Notes under the pieces: model-generated
Seen by the model: the letters and a program-made list of their open reading frames with translations, nothing else
What the model was told of the DNA's origin: nothing
The model's database searches: none
Sequence record: JX128257
Strand: one strand, 5' to 3'
DNA: 64,000 nt
Source of the DNA: Escherichia phage ECML-4
Shown here: positions 45,621 to 54,957 of the stretch, one piece after another
Layout: each line of letters starts with the position of its first letter
Position numbering within the stretch: position 1 is the first letter of the stretch
Made by a program: the position numbers and the translations under genes

Positions 45621-47303
45621 ATGGCTGGATACGGCAGAGGGTTCTTCGGTTTGTTTGGCGGCGGCGGTTTGGTGAACGCTAAAGTCGACACCGATAAGTT
45701 AGCCCAAAAACAAGATGAACGGTTGCTAACCAAAGCGACAGTTGTTGCTCTGGACGACGCTCAAGACGGTTCTATAATCCTTCAGGGTGGTGCGAACACC
45801 TACAACTATGTTGGCGTTGAAAGTGAACTTCTCAGCGTTAAAACAGTTGTGGAAGAATATCAGTCCATGGCTCAACAGCCTGAAATTCGCAAAGCGGTGG
45901 ACATTATTGTCAATGATGTTGTCACCTGTGAGGAAGATGAAACTCCAGTGACAGTAAACCTTGACAAAGTTGAAGGGATATCTGATACTGTTAAAGAATC
46001 TATCACTGAATGCTTCAAAGAAGTTATGCACTTGATGGACTTTGACAATACGGCATATCAGAAGATCCGGAAATGGTATGTTGACGGTCGACAAGCATAT
46101 CATGTCATCGTTGATCCCACGAATAAAAAAGGCGGGATCAAGAAATTGGTTATGCTTGATTCTCGTTGCATTCGTCCTGTCTATATCGTTGAGAAGGCGA
46201 TGCGTGAAGGCGGTATTGAAGCAATAGAATCTGTAACATTGAAGTATTATTACAACCCGAATTATAATCGAAACCAATTCACTGGCCAATCTGGTACTTC
46301 CCAGAACTTCCAGCCTTCACAGCAAGAACTCGTATTCGATGACGAAAGCATTGTTTACATCGATAGTGGTGAAGAGCCATTGGCCAATGGTATTGTCCCA
46401 GGCCTTTTAAATCCTGCTATCCGTCCGTTGAACAACCTGGTTACGACTGAAGATGCGACTGTAATTTATGCCATCACTCGCGCCCCTGAGAAACGCGCAT
46501 TCTATCTTGACGTCGGTACTCTCGGTAAGAAATCTGCTGAAGAATACATGACCATGATGATGGGTAAATTCAAAAACCGCAACGCATATGACCGCACCAC
46601 TGGTAAGATAACAGGTAATGCCCATCTTATGGGTATTGCAGAGGATTATTGGTTGCCGCGCCGCGAAGGTCAGAATGCTACAGAGATCGCGACTGTTGGG
46701 GGTGGGAATCAATTGGGTGAAATGGATCACGTGAACTATTTCCGTGAAAAACTCTATGATGCTCTAATGATCCCTAAGAGCCGCCTCCAAGAGGAAGGAT
46801 CTATTAACATTGGGGGTTCTAACCTTGCGGAGATTACACAGGAAGAGCTGCGTTTCAGCAAGTTCTGTGCTGGGTTACGTCGTCGTTACTCCCATTTCTT
46901 TATGGAGTTTTTACGTCGCCAATTAATTTTAAAAGGTGTGACTGACGAAAAAGATTGGAATGAAAAAATCAAGCCGTTTATTAAGTTTGAATTCACTTCT
47001 GATAGCTATATTCGTGAGCAACAAGAAAACGCCATATTAAATGATCGCCTGGCTTCTCTGAACACTGTTGAGCCTTTTGTTGGTTCTATATTCTCCATCG
47101 ATTATGTCATGCGGAATGTTCTGCGTATGTCAGACGAAGAAGTTAAAGAACAACAGGCTAAGATCGCGGAAGAGAAGAAGAAAGGTCTCTATCCGAAGGT
47201 TCAAGCAGATGAAACTGGCAATTATAGTGGTTCAGATGTTAGTCCGTTGAAGTTTAAACCTGAGACTCTCCCATTCTCCGGTTCAACAGACGATAGTATT
47301 TAA
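45621..47303 (+). CDS. portal vertex protein (T4 gp20-like)
   Basis: Position between tube and prohead genes, size 560 aa, consistent with T4 order. Confidence 0.7.
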   Translation: MAGYGRGFFGLFGGGGLVNAKVDTDKLAQKQDERLLTKATVVALDDAQDGSIILQGGANTYNYVGVESELLSVKTVVEEYQSMAQQPEIRKAVDIIVNDVVTCEEDETPVTVNLDKVEGISDTVKESITECFKEVMHLMDFDNTAYQKIRKWYVDGRQAYHVIVDPTNKKGGIKKLVMLDSRCIRPVYIVEKAMREGGIEAIESVTLKYYYNPNYNRNQFTGQSGTSQNFQPSQQELVFDDESIVYIDSGEEPLANGIVPGLLNPAIRPLNNLVTTEDATVIYAITRAPEKRAFYLDVGTLGKKSAEEYMTMMMGKFKNRNAYDRTTGKITGNAHLMGIAEDYWLPRREGQNATEIATVGGGNQLGEMDHVNYFREKLYDALMIPKSRLQEEGSINIGGSNLAEITQEELRFSKFCAGLRRRYSHFFMEFLRRQLILKGVTDEKDWNEKIKPFIKFEFTSDSYIREQQENAILNDRLASLNTVEPFVGSIFSIDYVMRNVLRMSDEEVKEQQAKIAEEKKKGLYPKVQADETGNYSGSDVSPLKFKPETLPFSGSTDDSI

Positions 47304-47344
47304 AGTTCAACTAAATATAGAAAATTAATTCGGAGATCAAAATC

Positions 47345-47514
47345 ATGAGCGCAATTGATATCGTTCGTGCAGTAATTGACGGTGACACTGAAACTGCTGT
47401 TGCAGAATGCAACATGGAACTTGATGCACGTAGTCAAGAACTATTGAACCAAGGCACAGCATATGTTCTGGATTCTATCGCAGCCGATATGAATTCAAAC
47501 AACAACGGCCAGTA
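47345..47514 (+). CDS. small prohead core protein (gp67-like by position, 56 aa)
   Basis: Short ORF after a CTAAATATA box; below track cutoff; position as in T4. Confidence 0.35.
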
Positions 47515-47523
47515 AGGAGATGC

Positions 47524-47841
47524 ATGATGGAAATCACAGAGATCGCCACGTTCGCTGATTTCCTGGCCTCTCGTATGGACGAGCAGCGAGTCATCGATAA
47601 AGTGAACGCTCGTGGTAAACGCCGCCGCCGCTTGAAATGTGCCCCTGGGTTCAAATTGTCGGCTGATGGTTCACGTTGTGAAGTTATGGACGCCAGCGAA
47701 CGTCGTGTTCGCAAGATCGGCAACCGCAAAGCCCTCCGCTCTAAAAAGCGTATGGGAATGGGCTATCAACGTAAAATCGAGCGCCGCAAGAAAAAGGCTA
47801 TGAAGTTCCGCAAAATGATGGGACTGAGTAAGAACAAGTAA
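47524..47841 (+). CDS. prohead core protein (gp68-like by position), basic
   Basis: Lys/Arg-rich 105-aa ORF between portal and protease genes. Confidence 0.45.
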   Translation: MMEITEIATFADFLASRMDEQRVIDKVNARGKRRRRLKCAPGFKLSADGSRCEVMDASERRVRKIGNRKALRSKKRMGMGYQRKIERRKKKAMKFRKMMGLSKNK

Positions 47842-47848
47842 GGAGTTT

Positions 47849-48517
47849 ATGATGAAACTGTTGCGTGAGATCACAGCGATAGGGAAGGATCTTCAAATCG
47901 GTGAGGCCACAACCTCAACTGGTGGGAAGGCCATGTTCATCGAAGGTCCGTTTGTGATGTGTAACCAAGTCAACCGTAACGGGCGTAACTATGATCTGCA
48001 GAAAGTGGGTATTCCTGCTGTCGAAGCATACGACAAAGAGTATATCCAAGATCGTCGCGCAATCGGTGAAGTCACACATCCTGACTATCCTTTCCCTAAT
48101 TTAGTGGAAGCTGCGCTCAAAACCGAATCCCTTCGCTGGGAAGGCACTAATGCCATCGGTCGGGCGCGAATTTTAAACACACCAAAAGGCCAAATCATTC
48201 GTGCATTGGCCGAAGCAGACTTCAATCTGGCCGTATCTACTCGTGGCCTGGGTGAGACTAAGTCGGTAAGCGGTTATGATGATGTTCAGCCTGGCTTTAT
48301 GCTTACCGCCGTTGACGCAGTTGACCGTCCTTCTGGACAAGTTTGTTATGTTAAGGCTGTGAGTGAATCTGTTGAATGGCAGCTGGACGAGGCTTCGGGT
48401 ATTTGGATGCCTCGTGATGTTAAAGGGAAAGTTGTAGACCAGTTGGTGAAAGCCAATATCCAGGTTGAAGACGATTTCCTGCGCCGCCTTGATGCAGCAT
48501 TGAATCATCTGGGCTGA
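47849..48517 (+). CDS. prohead protease (T4 gp21-like)
   Basis: Position and size (222 aa) as in T4, immediately upstream of the scaffold gene. Confidence 0.65.
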   Translation: MMKLLREITAIGKDLQIGEATTSTGGKAMFIEGPFVMCNQVNRNGRNYDLQKVGIPAVEAYDKEYIQDRRAIGEVTHPDYPFPNLVEAALKTESLRWEGTNAIGRARILNTPKGQIIRALAEADFNLAVSTRGLGETKSVSGYDDVQPGFMLTAVDAVDRPSGQVCYVKAVSESVEWQLDEASGIWMPRDVKGKVVDQLVKANIQVEDDFLRRLDAALNHLG

Positions 48518-48563
48518 ATTTCAGCTCACTAAATACTGAAAAATCGTTCAGAAGGAAACTATC

Positions 48564-49403
48564 ATGAAACCTGAATTGCAAAATCTGTTTGAAGGCGTTA
48601 ACGGCATCAGCCCAGATTTCCTGGATAAAGTATCCAATTTGCTGGAATCGAAAGTTGAAGCGGCTCGTCTGAAAGCTATCCAAGAAACCGAAGCAGCTGG
48701 CAACGTCGAGCGCCTGAATCTGGTAGAATCTCACCAGAAAGAAATCGCCGACCTGAAAGAAAATTTCATTCTGCAATTGGCTGGGAAAGTTGACTCATTC
48801 CTCAACGCGGTGGTTGAAGAATGGGCTAACAAAAATGCCCCAGCTATTGACGCTCAGATCAAAACTGAAGCTGCTGAACGCTTCCTCACTGGTTTCTCCA
48901 ACGTGCTGAAAGAAGCAGGTGTGAGTTTCGCTACTGACCCAGATGGTCATATTGCCGCCCTCACCAGTCGCCTTGCTGAAGCAGAACAACGCGCCAACAT
49001 GGCTAATACAGAGTTGAGCCAACTCAAAGAAAGCGAGTCTAAACGCCAACGCACCGACGTAATTGATCGCATTTGTGAAGGCATGGTTGACACCAAGAAA
49101 GACACTGTTGTCAACCTGCTGGAAGGTATTGAATTCCAGACCGAGTCTGAATTCGAATCGCGTGTTCGCACCTTCCGTAATCTGGTAGAAGGTAAAGATG
49201 ACTTCTCTGACAAAGTCGGTAAAGACAATGAAAAGGGTAAGCCGGATGGCGACAAGGCTGAAAAAGACATCAAAGAAGGTAAGAAACAGAAAAAAGAAGG
49301 TGATGATGTTGACGACGACAAAGACGACGACGACAAAGACGAAGTTGGCAAAGAAGTCAACGAAGCCGTCCGTCGCCAGATCAGCGCCATTCTGAACGGC
49401 TAA
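48564..49403 (+). CDS. prohead scaffold protein (T4 gp22-like)
   Basis: Coiled-coil-like, highly charged protein with acidic Lys/Asp-rich C-terminus, directly upstream of the capsid gene. Confidence 0.65.
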   Translation: MKPELQNLFEGVNGISPDFLDKVSNLLESKVEAARLKAIQETEAAGNVERLNLVESHQKEIADLKENFILQLAGKVDSFLNAVVEEWANKNAPAIDAQIKTEAAERFLTGFSNVLKEAGVSFATDPDGHIAALTSRLAEAEQRANMANTELSQLKESESKRQRTDVIDRICEGMVDTKKDTVVNLLEGIEFQTESEFESRVRTFRNLVEGKDDFSDKVGKDNEKGKPDGDKAEKDIKEGKKQKKEGDDVDDDKDDDDKDEVGKEVNEAVRRQISAILNG

Positions 49404-49416
49404 TTTTAGCAGCCAC

Positions 49417-49445
49417 AGCCCTCGAAAGGGGGCTTGATTTTGAAC
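49417..49445 (+). terminator. terminator or attenuator hairpin
   Basis: AGCCCTC-GAAA-GGGGGCT followed by TGATTTTG. Confidence 0.45.
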
Positions 49446-49494
49446 TACTAAGTAATTTCAACTTAACTGAATATCAATGTAAGGAACGAGCATC

Positions 49495-50817
49495 ATGACT
49501 AAGAAACTTGTAACCGAAGAAATGCGCAAACAGTGGCTGCCAGTTCTCCAAAAAGAATCTGAAGCCATCCAACCTCTGTCTGCCGAAAACGTAACCATCC
49601 GTCTGATGCAAAACCAGGCCGAGTGGAACGCTAAAAACCTGGGCGAATCCGACGCTCCTGGTTCTGTAAACAGCACTGTCGGTAAATGGCAGCCAGTCCT
49701 GATCGACATGGCAAAACGTCTGGCGCCGATCAACATCGCAATGGACTTCTTCGGCGTTCAGCCGCTGTCTGGTCCTGATGGTCAGATCTTCGCACTGCGT
49801 GCTCGCCAAGGCGTTGGTGACGGTTCTACTACCGCTCAGGCGCGTAAAGAACTGTTCATGAACGAAGCCGATTCTGGCTACTCTGGTGATGGCACTGTAC
49901 AGGCTGGCGACCCGTCAGGCTTCAGTCAGGCTGAGATCGAAGGTTCCGGCTCTGTCGTGACCACTATCGGTAAAGGTATGCCGTCAACCGACGCGGAACT
50001 GCTGGGTACTACCACCAATCCGTGGGCGCGTGTTGGTATCACCGTTCAGAAAGCGACCGTTACTGCCAAGTCTCGCGGCCTGTATGCTGATTACAGCCAT
50101 GAACTGCGTCAGGATATGATGGCAATTCACGGCGAAGACGTGGACAATATCCTGTCTGACGTGATGGTAACTGAAATTCAGGCGGAAATGAACCGTGAAT
50201 TCATCCGCACCATGAACTTCAGTGCTGTTCGTTTCAAAAAATTCGGCACCAACGGTGTTGTTGATATCGCGCAGGACATCTCCGGTCGTTGGGCGCTGGA
50301 AAAATGGAAATTCCTGACTTTCATGCTGGAAGTCGAAGCGAATGGTATCGGCGTTGACACCCGTCGTGGTAAAGGCAACCGTGTTCTGTGTTCTCCGAAC
50401 GTGGCGTCTGCTCTGGCGATGTCCGGCATGCTGGACTATGCTCCGGTTCTGCAGGAAAACACCAAACTGGCTGTTGACCCGACTGGTCAGACCTTCGCGG
50501 GTGTTCTGTCCAACGGTATGCGCGTCTATGTTGACCCGTATGCTGTAGCAGAATATATCACCCTGGCGTACAAAGGCGCGACTGCGCTGGATGCTGGTAT
50601 CTTCTTCGCACCGTATGTGCCGCTGGAAATGTACCGCACCCAGGGTGAAACCACCTTCGCTCCGCGTATGGCGTTCAAAACCCGTTACGGCATCTGTGCT
50701 AACCCGTTCGTTCAGATTCCGGCTAACCAAGACCCGCAGGTTTACGTGACTGCTGACGGTATTGCTCAAGACAGCAACCCATACTTCCGTAAAGGTCTCA
50801 TCAAATCTCTGTTCTAA
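49495..50817 (+). CDS. major capsid protein (T4 gp23-like)
   Basis: FFGVQPLSGPDGQIFALRA, ELRQDMMAIHGEDVDNILSDVMVTEIQAEMNRE, VYVDPYAVAEYITLAYKGATALDAGIFFAPYV, AFKTRYGICANPFV all parallel T4 gp23. Confidence 0.95.
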   Translation: MTKKLVTEEMRKQWLPVLQKESEAIQPLSAENVTIRLMQNQAEWNAKNLGESDAPGSVNSTVGKWQPVLIDMAKRLAPINIAMDFFGVQPLSGPDGQIFALRARQGVGDGSTTAQARKELFMNEADSGYSGDGTVQAGDPSGFSQAEIEGSGSVVTTIGKGMPSTDAELLGTTTNPWARVGITVQKATVTAKSRGLYADYSHELRQDMMAIHGEDVDNILSDVMVTEIQAEMNREFIRTMNFSAVRFKKFGTNGVVDIAQDISGRWALEKWKFLTFMLEVEANGIGVDTRRGKGNRVLCSPNVASALAMSGMLDYAPVLQENTKLAVDPTGQTFAGVLSNGMRVYVDPYAVAEYITLAYKGATALDAGIFFAPYVPLEMYRTQGETTFAPRMAFKTRYGICANPFVQIPANQDPQVYVTADGIAQDSNPYFRKGLIKSLF

Positions 50818-50837
50818 TCAACAGATTTTGATAAACA

Positions 50838-50866
50838 AACCCCGCCATGTGCGGGGTTTTTCTTTA
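50838..50866 (+). terminator. strong rho-independent terminator after the capsid gene
   Basis: AAACCCCGC-CATGT-GCGGGGTTT followed by TTCTTTAT. Confidence 0.75.
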
Positions 50867-50911
50867 TAGGGATTCACTATAAGACCGCTAATAGTTTTCA
50901 ATAAGTGGGCA

Positions 50912-51148
50912 ATGAACGATCATTACCTAACTTTCACAACTGGAACGCTACTCATGGCTAAAGAAACTCTGACTAAAGAAAACTCTAACTTCGCAGAATG
51001 GCATGCAGAATTAGAGCGTGTCGCTCGTTCTCAACATGGCTCTGCCGCCGATGCTATGGCGTGGCATGAAGATTATGAGTCTGGCAAAACCCCGCGTCAG
51101 GCTTGGGAAGATGAATGGGGGTGGAATGATGCAGACTCTAATTCGTAA
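50912..51148 (+). CDS. hypothetical protein (start uncertain, 50912 or 50954)
   Basis: ORF from track; Trp/Glu-rich. Confidence 0.35.
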   Translation: MNDHYLTFTTGTLLMAKETLTKENSNFAEWHAELERVARSQHGSAADAMAWHEDYESGKTPRQAWEDEWGWNDADSNS

Positions 51149-51359
51149 GATATATCTGGATAAGAACTATTTGGAATCCAAAATCGAAGTTTTCTCGGCT
51201 CAAAAAATAATTGAAGACGGTGAAACGAGATATTATCTGAAACCTGACCTTTATCTTCCAGGAAGTAGTTTGAATCGCGATATAATTCAGTCGGACGGTA
51301 TTACTGTTCGTTGGGAAATGGCGTCACAGGAAGACAACTGTCATAGCATAACACTTTGA
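51126..51359 (+). CDS. hypothetical protein (77 aa)
   Basis: In-frame ATG 51126 within track ORF 51018..51359, overlapping the previous gene end. Confidence 0.3.
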   Translation: MMQTLIRKIYLDKNYLESKIEVFSAQKIIEDGETRYYLKPDLYLPGSSLNRDIIQSDGITVRWEMASQEDNCHSITL

Positions 51360-51374
51360 AGAGAGATCTATATT

Positions 51375-51815
51375 ATGTCAAAAGAAAAATACATATTCAT
51401 CAGCCCCGCTACGAAGGAGTTCTTCATCTCCGACGTGAAAGATCGTGTTGAGAAGTTCCGCTACATGCGCAGCTATGGTCTGGCATCCGGTGATATTGAT
51501 TATCAGTCACTGGACAATGATCGCCAAGATCTGATCGACGACGGTTGGCGTTTAGTTCCGTCCCCTCAGTACATTCATATCACGTTGTACTATATGAAGG
51601 ACAGCGGGAAGTTCTATTCCGAAGGTGAACTCGTACTCAATCGAGGAGAAGCAGAAGCCGAACCTGCCAAAACCTGGATGTTGGCGATGGATCAGATCCG
51701 TGAATTGCTGGACTCCGGTAATCTGCCTGGCCTAATCAAGGGTTCAAAATTCGACGTGTTCGTTACTGGCCAGGGTCATCCTGGTGGATACCCACATCTG
51801 TTCCGTATTAACTGA
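51375..51815 (+). CDS. hypothetical protein (146 aa)
   Basis: Complete ORF, compact spacing. Confidence 0.5.
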   Translation: MSKEKYIFISPATKEFFISDVKDRVEKFRYMRSYGLASGDIDYQSLDNDRQDLIDDGWRLVPSPQYIHITLYYMKDSGKFYSEGELVLNRGEAEAEPAKTWMLAMDQIRELLDSGNLPGLIKGSKFDVFVTGQGHPGGYPHLFRIN

Positions 51816-51823
51816 GGTCAATT

Positions 51824-52198
51824 ATGAGCAATTTACCACTGCTTCAAGTCGGTGACGTATTCATTCTCACGGCAGAAATGACCGTTGAAACTCAGGTGCC
51901 AAAGCATTTCTTGTATTCTAATTGCAAGGGTGATTGGCAAATGGACTCTGGTTATATCACCCCTGAGGGATTCTTCGGTTACATGCAAGGACATTACGTC
52001 GTTACCAAAACAGCCCTACAAGGCGGTAGCACTGGTCATGATCCATACCCTGACGGCCATCATGTTTGGGCGCAGCATACCGAAAATGAACGCATCAGAA
52101 TCTGTTTCTATCAGACAGGTAGTTTCAGGAATATGCACCGGAATGTTCCAGTAGTCGGAAAGGCTAAGGCGCAAACATGGACTTGGGAGAAATTATGA
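51824..52198 (+). CDS. hypothetical protein (124 aa)
   Basis: Complete ORF. Confidence 0.5.
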   Translation: MSNLPLLQVGDVFILTAEMTVETQVPKHFLYSNCKGDWQMDSGYITPEGFFGYMQGHYVVTKTALQGGSTGHDPYPDGHHVWAQHTENERIRICFYQTGSFRNMHRNVPVVGKAKAQTWTWEKL

Positions 52199-52431
52199 AA
52201 ATCAAAAAGATAGGTGCAAGCCCATTGACGGGAACAATCTTCCAGGGCACTTTGAACACCAAGACCAGTATGTGGGTCGGTGAGAAGACTGATGTGACTA
52301 ACGACTGTGTAGCGGCTACGGCTGAACACATGCGTCACATCAAGAAAGACTACTGCTTCCCTACTAAAGACGGCAAGTTCCTGGTGCTGAGCGCTGAGGT
52401 TCACGACACCCTTCCTGATCGCTTCAAATAA
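52196..52431 (+). CDS. hypothetical protein (78 aa)
   Basis: ATG 52196 after GGAGAAATT; ATGA overlap with upstream stop. Confidence 0.45.
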
Positions 52432-52456
52432 ATTTAAAATTTATTCAATAAACGGG

Positions 52457-52485
52457 GTTTACTTCTTCAATAAACCCCGTATACT
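52457..52485 (+). promoter_or_regulatory. T4-early-like promoter (GTTTAC-N17-TATACT), near-identical copy of the element at 6132
   Basis: GTTTAC 52457-52462, 17-nt spacer, TATACT 52480-52485; -35 lies inside hairpin CGGGGTTT ... AAACCCCG; preceded by TTATTCAATAA. Confidence 0.5.
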
Positions 52486-52534
52486 TCATTCCATAAGCAG
52501 CACAATACTGACTCTGAAATGAAGGAAATATATC

Positions 52535-52801
52535 ATGGCACGTTCAATCCACGATTTTAAAGACTCCGATATCCTGGCTTTCATTATGGATGGTCGCATG
52601 GTAGTTGTAAATGACGGTAACGACCGCCACAACACTACTCTGGTGATGAACAACGAAGTTGTTTACAGCAACACCCGCGAAGGCATGATTAAGATGCTTC
52701 AGAATCCTCATCGCTTCGGCGACAAAATGCACAAAGATTACAAAAGCCGCTGCCCAATGCTGGCACAACGCCTGGCCTGGGCAATGCAAAACGCCGCCTG
52801 A
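52535..52801 (+). CDS. hypothetical protein (88 aa)
   Basis: ATG after GAAGGAAATATATC, same context as the gene at 6210. Confidence 0.5.
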   Translation: MARSIHDFKDSDILAFIMDGRMVVVNDGNDRHNTTLVMNNEVVYSNTREGMIKMLQNPHRFGDKMHKDYKSRCPMLAQRLAWAMQNAA

Positions 52802-52848
52802 TCAACAAGCCCCTGCAGGGGCTTCCCCAAATTTGAAGGAACTATATC

Positions 52849-53178
52849 ATGACTTTTAAAGGCTTCGTGGCATTTGACGCCACCAAAACAAACGTACTCA
52901 GCAACCCACAGCTGGAAACCATCACTGAAATGCGCCAGTGGGTGATGAAAATCACTGGCCACCAAACTCGCAAAGACCTGGAGGCCGAGTTCTATATCGA
53001 ACCTGCCGAGGTTTACTTCAACCGTCCTGTTGACGAACCGTTCATTCGTCAAGATCTTGACGATAACGATATCACGCTGTCTGTGTTCTCTGAAGCCAAG
53101 GCTGATATGATCGTAGACGGTCTGTGTGACGAGTCCTTCACATACGATGAATACTGTGATCAGTGCCAAGACCTGTGA
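52849..53178 (+). CDS. hypothetical protein (109 aa), acidic
   Basis: ATG after GAAGGAACTATATC. Confidence 0.5.
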   Translation: MTFKGFVAFDATKTNVLSNPQLETITEMRQWVMKITGHQTRKDLEAEFYIEPAEVYFNRPVDEPFIRQDLDDNDITLSVFSEAKADMIVDGLCDESFTYDEYCDQCQDL

Positions 53179-53247
53179 TTTGTTCTAAACCTTTGAACGA
53201 GGTATGTTAAGCGCATACCCTATCCCTTACAAATAGAGGACTTTATC

Positions 53248-53568
53248 ATGGCAGTAAGATCGGTTGAAATCTCGAAGATGGTGCGTCGCGGAACCCGTAA
53301 ACCCCGCGCGGGGCGTCATCTGAACACCAAACTGGATCTTCTGAAACAGAAGTTCGGCGGCCACAGTGTGTTTACCCGTATCCGCAACGCATTAAAGGAA
53401 GGGCGAACCGAGTTGGAGCTATATCGTCCGAACGGTTCGACTCGAGCGTATCAGACCACCGACGGTTTGCTGGAACTGATCCGCCTATCAGGGATGAACA
53501 TAGAACCCCGTTCATCAGGAACCCCGCTATGCAGCCTGTACGTCATCAGCAATCTTGGGGCGCTGTGA
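53248..53568 (+). CDS. hypothetical protein (106 aa), basic N-terminus
   Basis: ATG after GAGGACTTTATC. Confidence 0.45.
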   Translation: MAVRSVEISKMVRRGTRKPRAGRHLNTKLDLLKQKFGGHSVFTRIRNALKEGRTELELYRPNGSTRAYQTTDGLLELIRLSGMNIEPRSSGTPLCSLYVISNLGAL

Positions 53569-53573
53569 GTTCT

Positions 53574-53996
53574 ATGAAGAAGTATATCGTTCTTATAACG
53601 GGTTCCCGTTCTATAACTGAGCGGGACAAAATATTTGCCAAATTAGATGAACTCTTAATCCCTCACGAGATAGAGACGTTTATTGAAGGTGAAGCAGTGG
53701 GTGTGGATCTGATATCCCGTGATTGGTGTGAAATCAATTATGTGCATATCACACCAATGCCGATTCCTCAAAATTACCATACGTTATATGGGAAAGGTGC
53801 GGGCAATCAACGTAACAAAGATATGCTGGACAAGGCTCTAACATTGGCGAAGCAAAAAGATCTTGAGGTCTTTGGAATTGCATTATGGGATGGTTCGTCT
53901 ACTGGGACGCAAGACATGATCAAGCGCATGAAGAAAGCGGGAATAAATGTCAATATCACTCTCATGGGCAAACCCAAAACCAAACGATTGTTATAA
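53574..53996 (+). CDS. SLOG-superfamily protein (DUF2493 / YspA-like, tentative)
   Basis: ITGSRS ... GEAVGVDLISRDWCE ... YGKGAGNQRNKDML ... LWDGSSTGTQDMIKRMKKAG pattern resembles the Rossmannoid SLOG/DUF2493 signature. Start ATG 53574. Confidence 0.45.
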   Translation: MKKYIVLITGSRSITERDKIFAKLDELLIPHEIETFIEGEAVGVDLISRDWCEINYVHITPMPIPQNYHTLYGKGAGNQRNKDMLDKALTLAKQKDLEVFGIALWDGSSTGTQDMIKRMKKAGINVNITLMGKPKTKRLL

Positions 53997-54026
53997 ATAA
54001 ATTTGCCACCCATGAGGAGTTATACC

Positions 54027-54197
54027 ATGTTACAAATACTGTTGGTGCTTTGTGTCGCATTTACCATGTACTTCATGGCACGCATCGGTTTTATTACTTT
54101 AGATGACATGAAGGGTATCCCACGTGAACCCAAATTCATCTTTCTGAAGAAGTTTGCCAAAAAGTTCTCAGAAAACTTTATTTATCATCTACCATGA
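54027..54197 (+). CDS. small membrane protein (56 aa)
   Basis: ATG 54027 after GAGGAG; MLQILLVLCVAFTMYFMARIGF hydrophobic N-terminus; track ORF starts at TTG 54003. Confidence 0.4.
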   Translation: MLQILLVLCVAFTMYFMARIGFITLDDMKGIPREPKFIFLKKFAKKFSENFIYHLP

Positions 54198-54224
54198 TTA
54201 AATACCCCCAAAATTGGGGGTATT
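54198..54224 (+). promoter_or_regulatory. late-promoter-like TTAAATA box embedded in 12-bp perfect inverted repeat
   Basis: AAATACCCCCAA-AA-TTGGGGGTATTT, 3 nt before ATG 54228. Confidence 0.5.
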
Positions 54225-54227
54225 TTT

Positions 54228-54956
54228 ATGAACGCACAAATCTATGATGTCCTTTCCTCTGGCAATGCATTTAGCAATCCGCTTCCATCCCTCTCCGGTC
54301 CTTCTCAGGATTTAATAACCAGTGGCATCACCAATATACCATTGATAACTGCCAACGCTACTCCGGAGATGCAGGCGGCTATGGCAGCTGGTGGACTAAC
54401 ACCAGAAAAACTCACAGCAGCCAGCACCATGTATAGCACCGCCAACACAGGGATAACAACTCTGAACACATATGGCGACCAAAGTATCAATGACGCGTAT
54501 TCTCGCATCGGTACTTCCGTGTCATACAAATCAGGTCTGAAGGGTATATCACGAGAGCCAAACAATTGTGATTTGATCAACAAGGCTTTTGGTGTTGTTC
54601 AGGATTTAGGACGCCAATGGCTGAATGCTATGGAAGGCGCTCTACAGACCGTAACAAACAAGATATCGGAATTGTATGAGATGATCATGGAAGGTGCCTC
54701 AGAAGGAATGGCAAAGCTGCAGGAATTGGCTGCAGAAGTAACGGGACACATCAATACTGCGATAACCGCAGTCAACGGGGTTATAAGTGATATTACAGAT
54801 GGTATAGCCGCAGAACTTGCTCACATTGAAAGTATGATCAAAGAGTGCTTGAATTTCTCTTTTGCTAACGTGCTCGGGGAATGGGCTAAAGATCTGTGCG
54901 CCGGAGGTGTTATTGACAAAATAGGGACTCCAGCATTAAAAGAATCCCTGAAATAA
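54228..54956 (+). CDS. hypothetical protein (242 aa), probably late-expressed
   Basis: Preceded by the late-promoter/hairpin cassette; Ala/Thr/Gly-rich. Confidence 0.55.
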   Translation: MNAQIYDVLSSGNAFSNPLPSLSGPSQDLITSGITNIPLITANATPEMQAAMAAGGLTPEKLTAASTMYSTANTGITTLNTYGDQSINDAYSRIGTSVSYKSGLKGISREPNNCDLINKAFGVVQDLGRQWLNAMEGALQTVTNKISELYEMIMEGASEGMAKLQELAAEVTGHINTAITAVNGVISDITDGIAAELAHIESMIKECLNFSFANVLGEWAKDLCAGGVIDKIGTPALKESLK

Positions 54957-54957
54957 A

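Noticed and set aside
49984-50769. Minus-strand 261-aa ORF inside the major capsid gene, and similar antisense ORFs inside portal, sheath and tailspike genes
   Set aside because: Antisense to confidently identified structural genes; long antisense ORFs are expected by chance in long genes.
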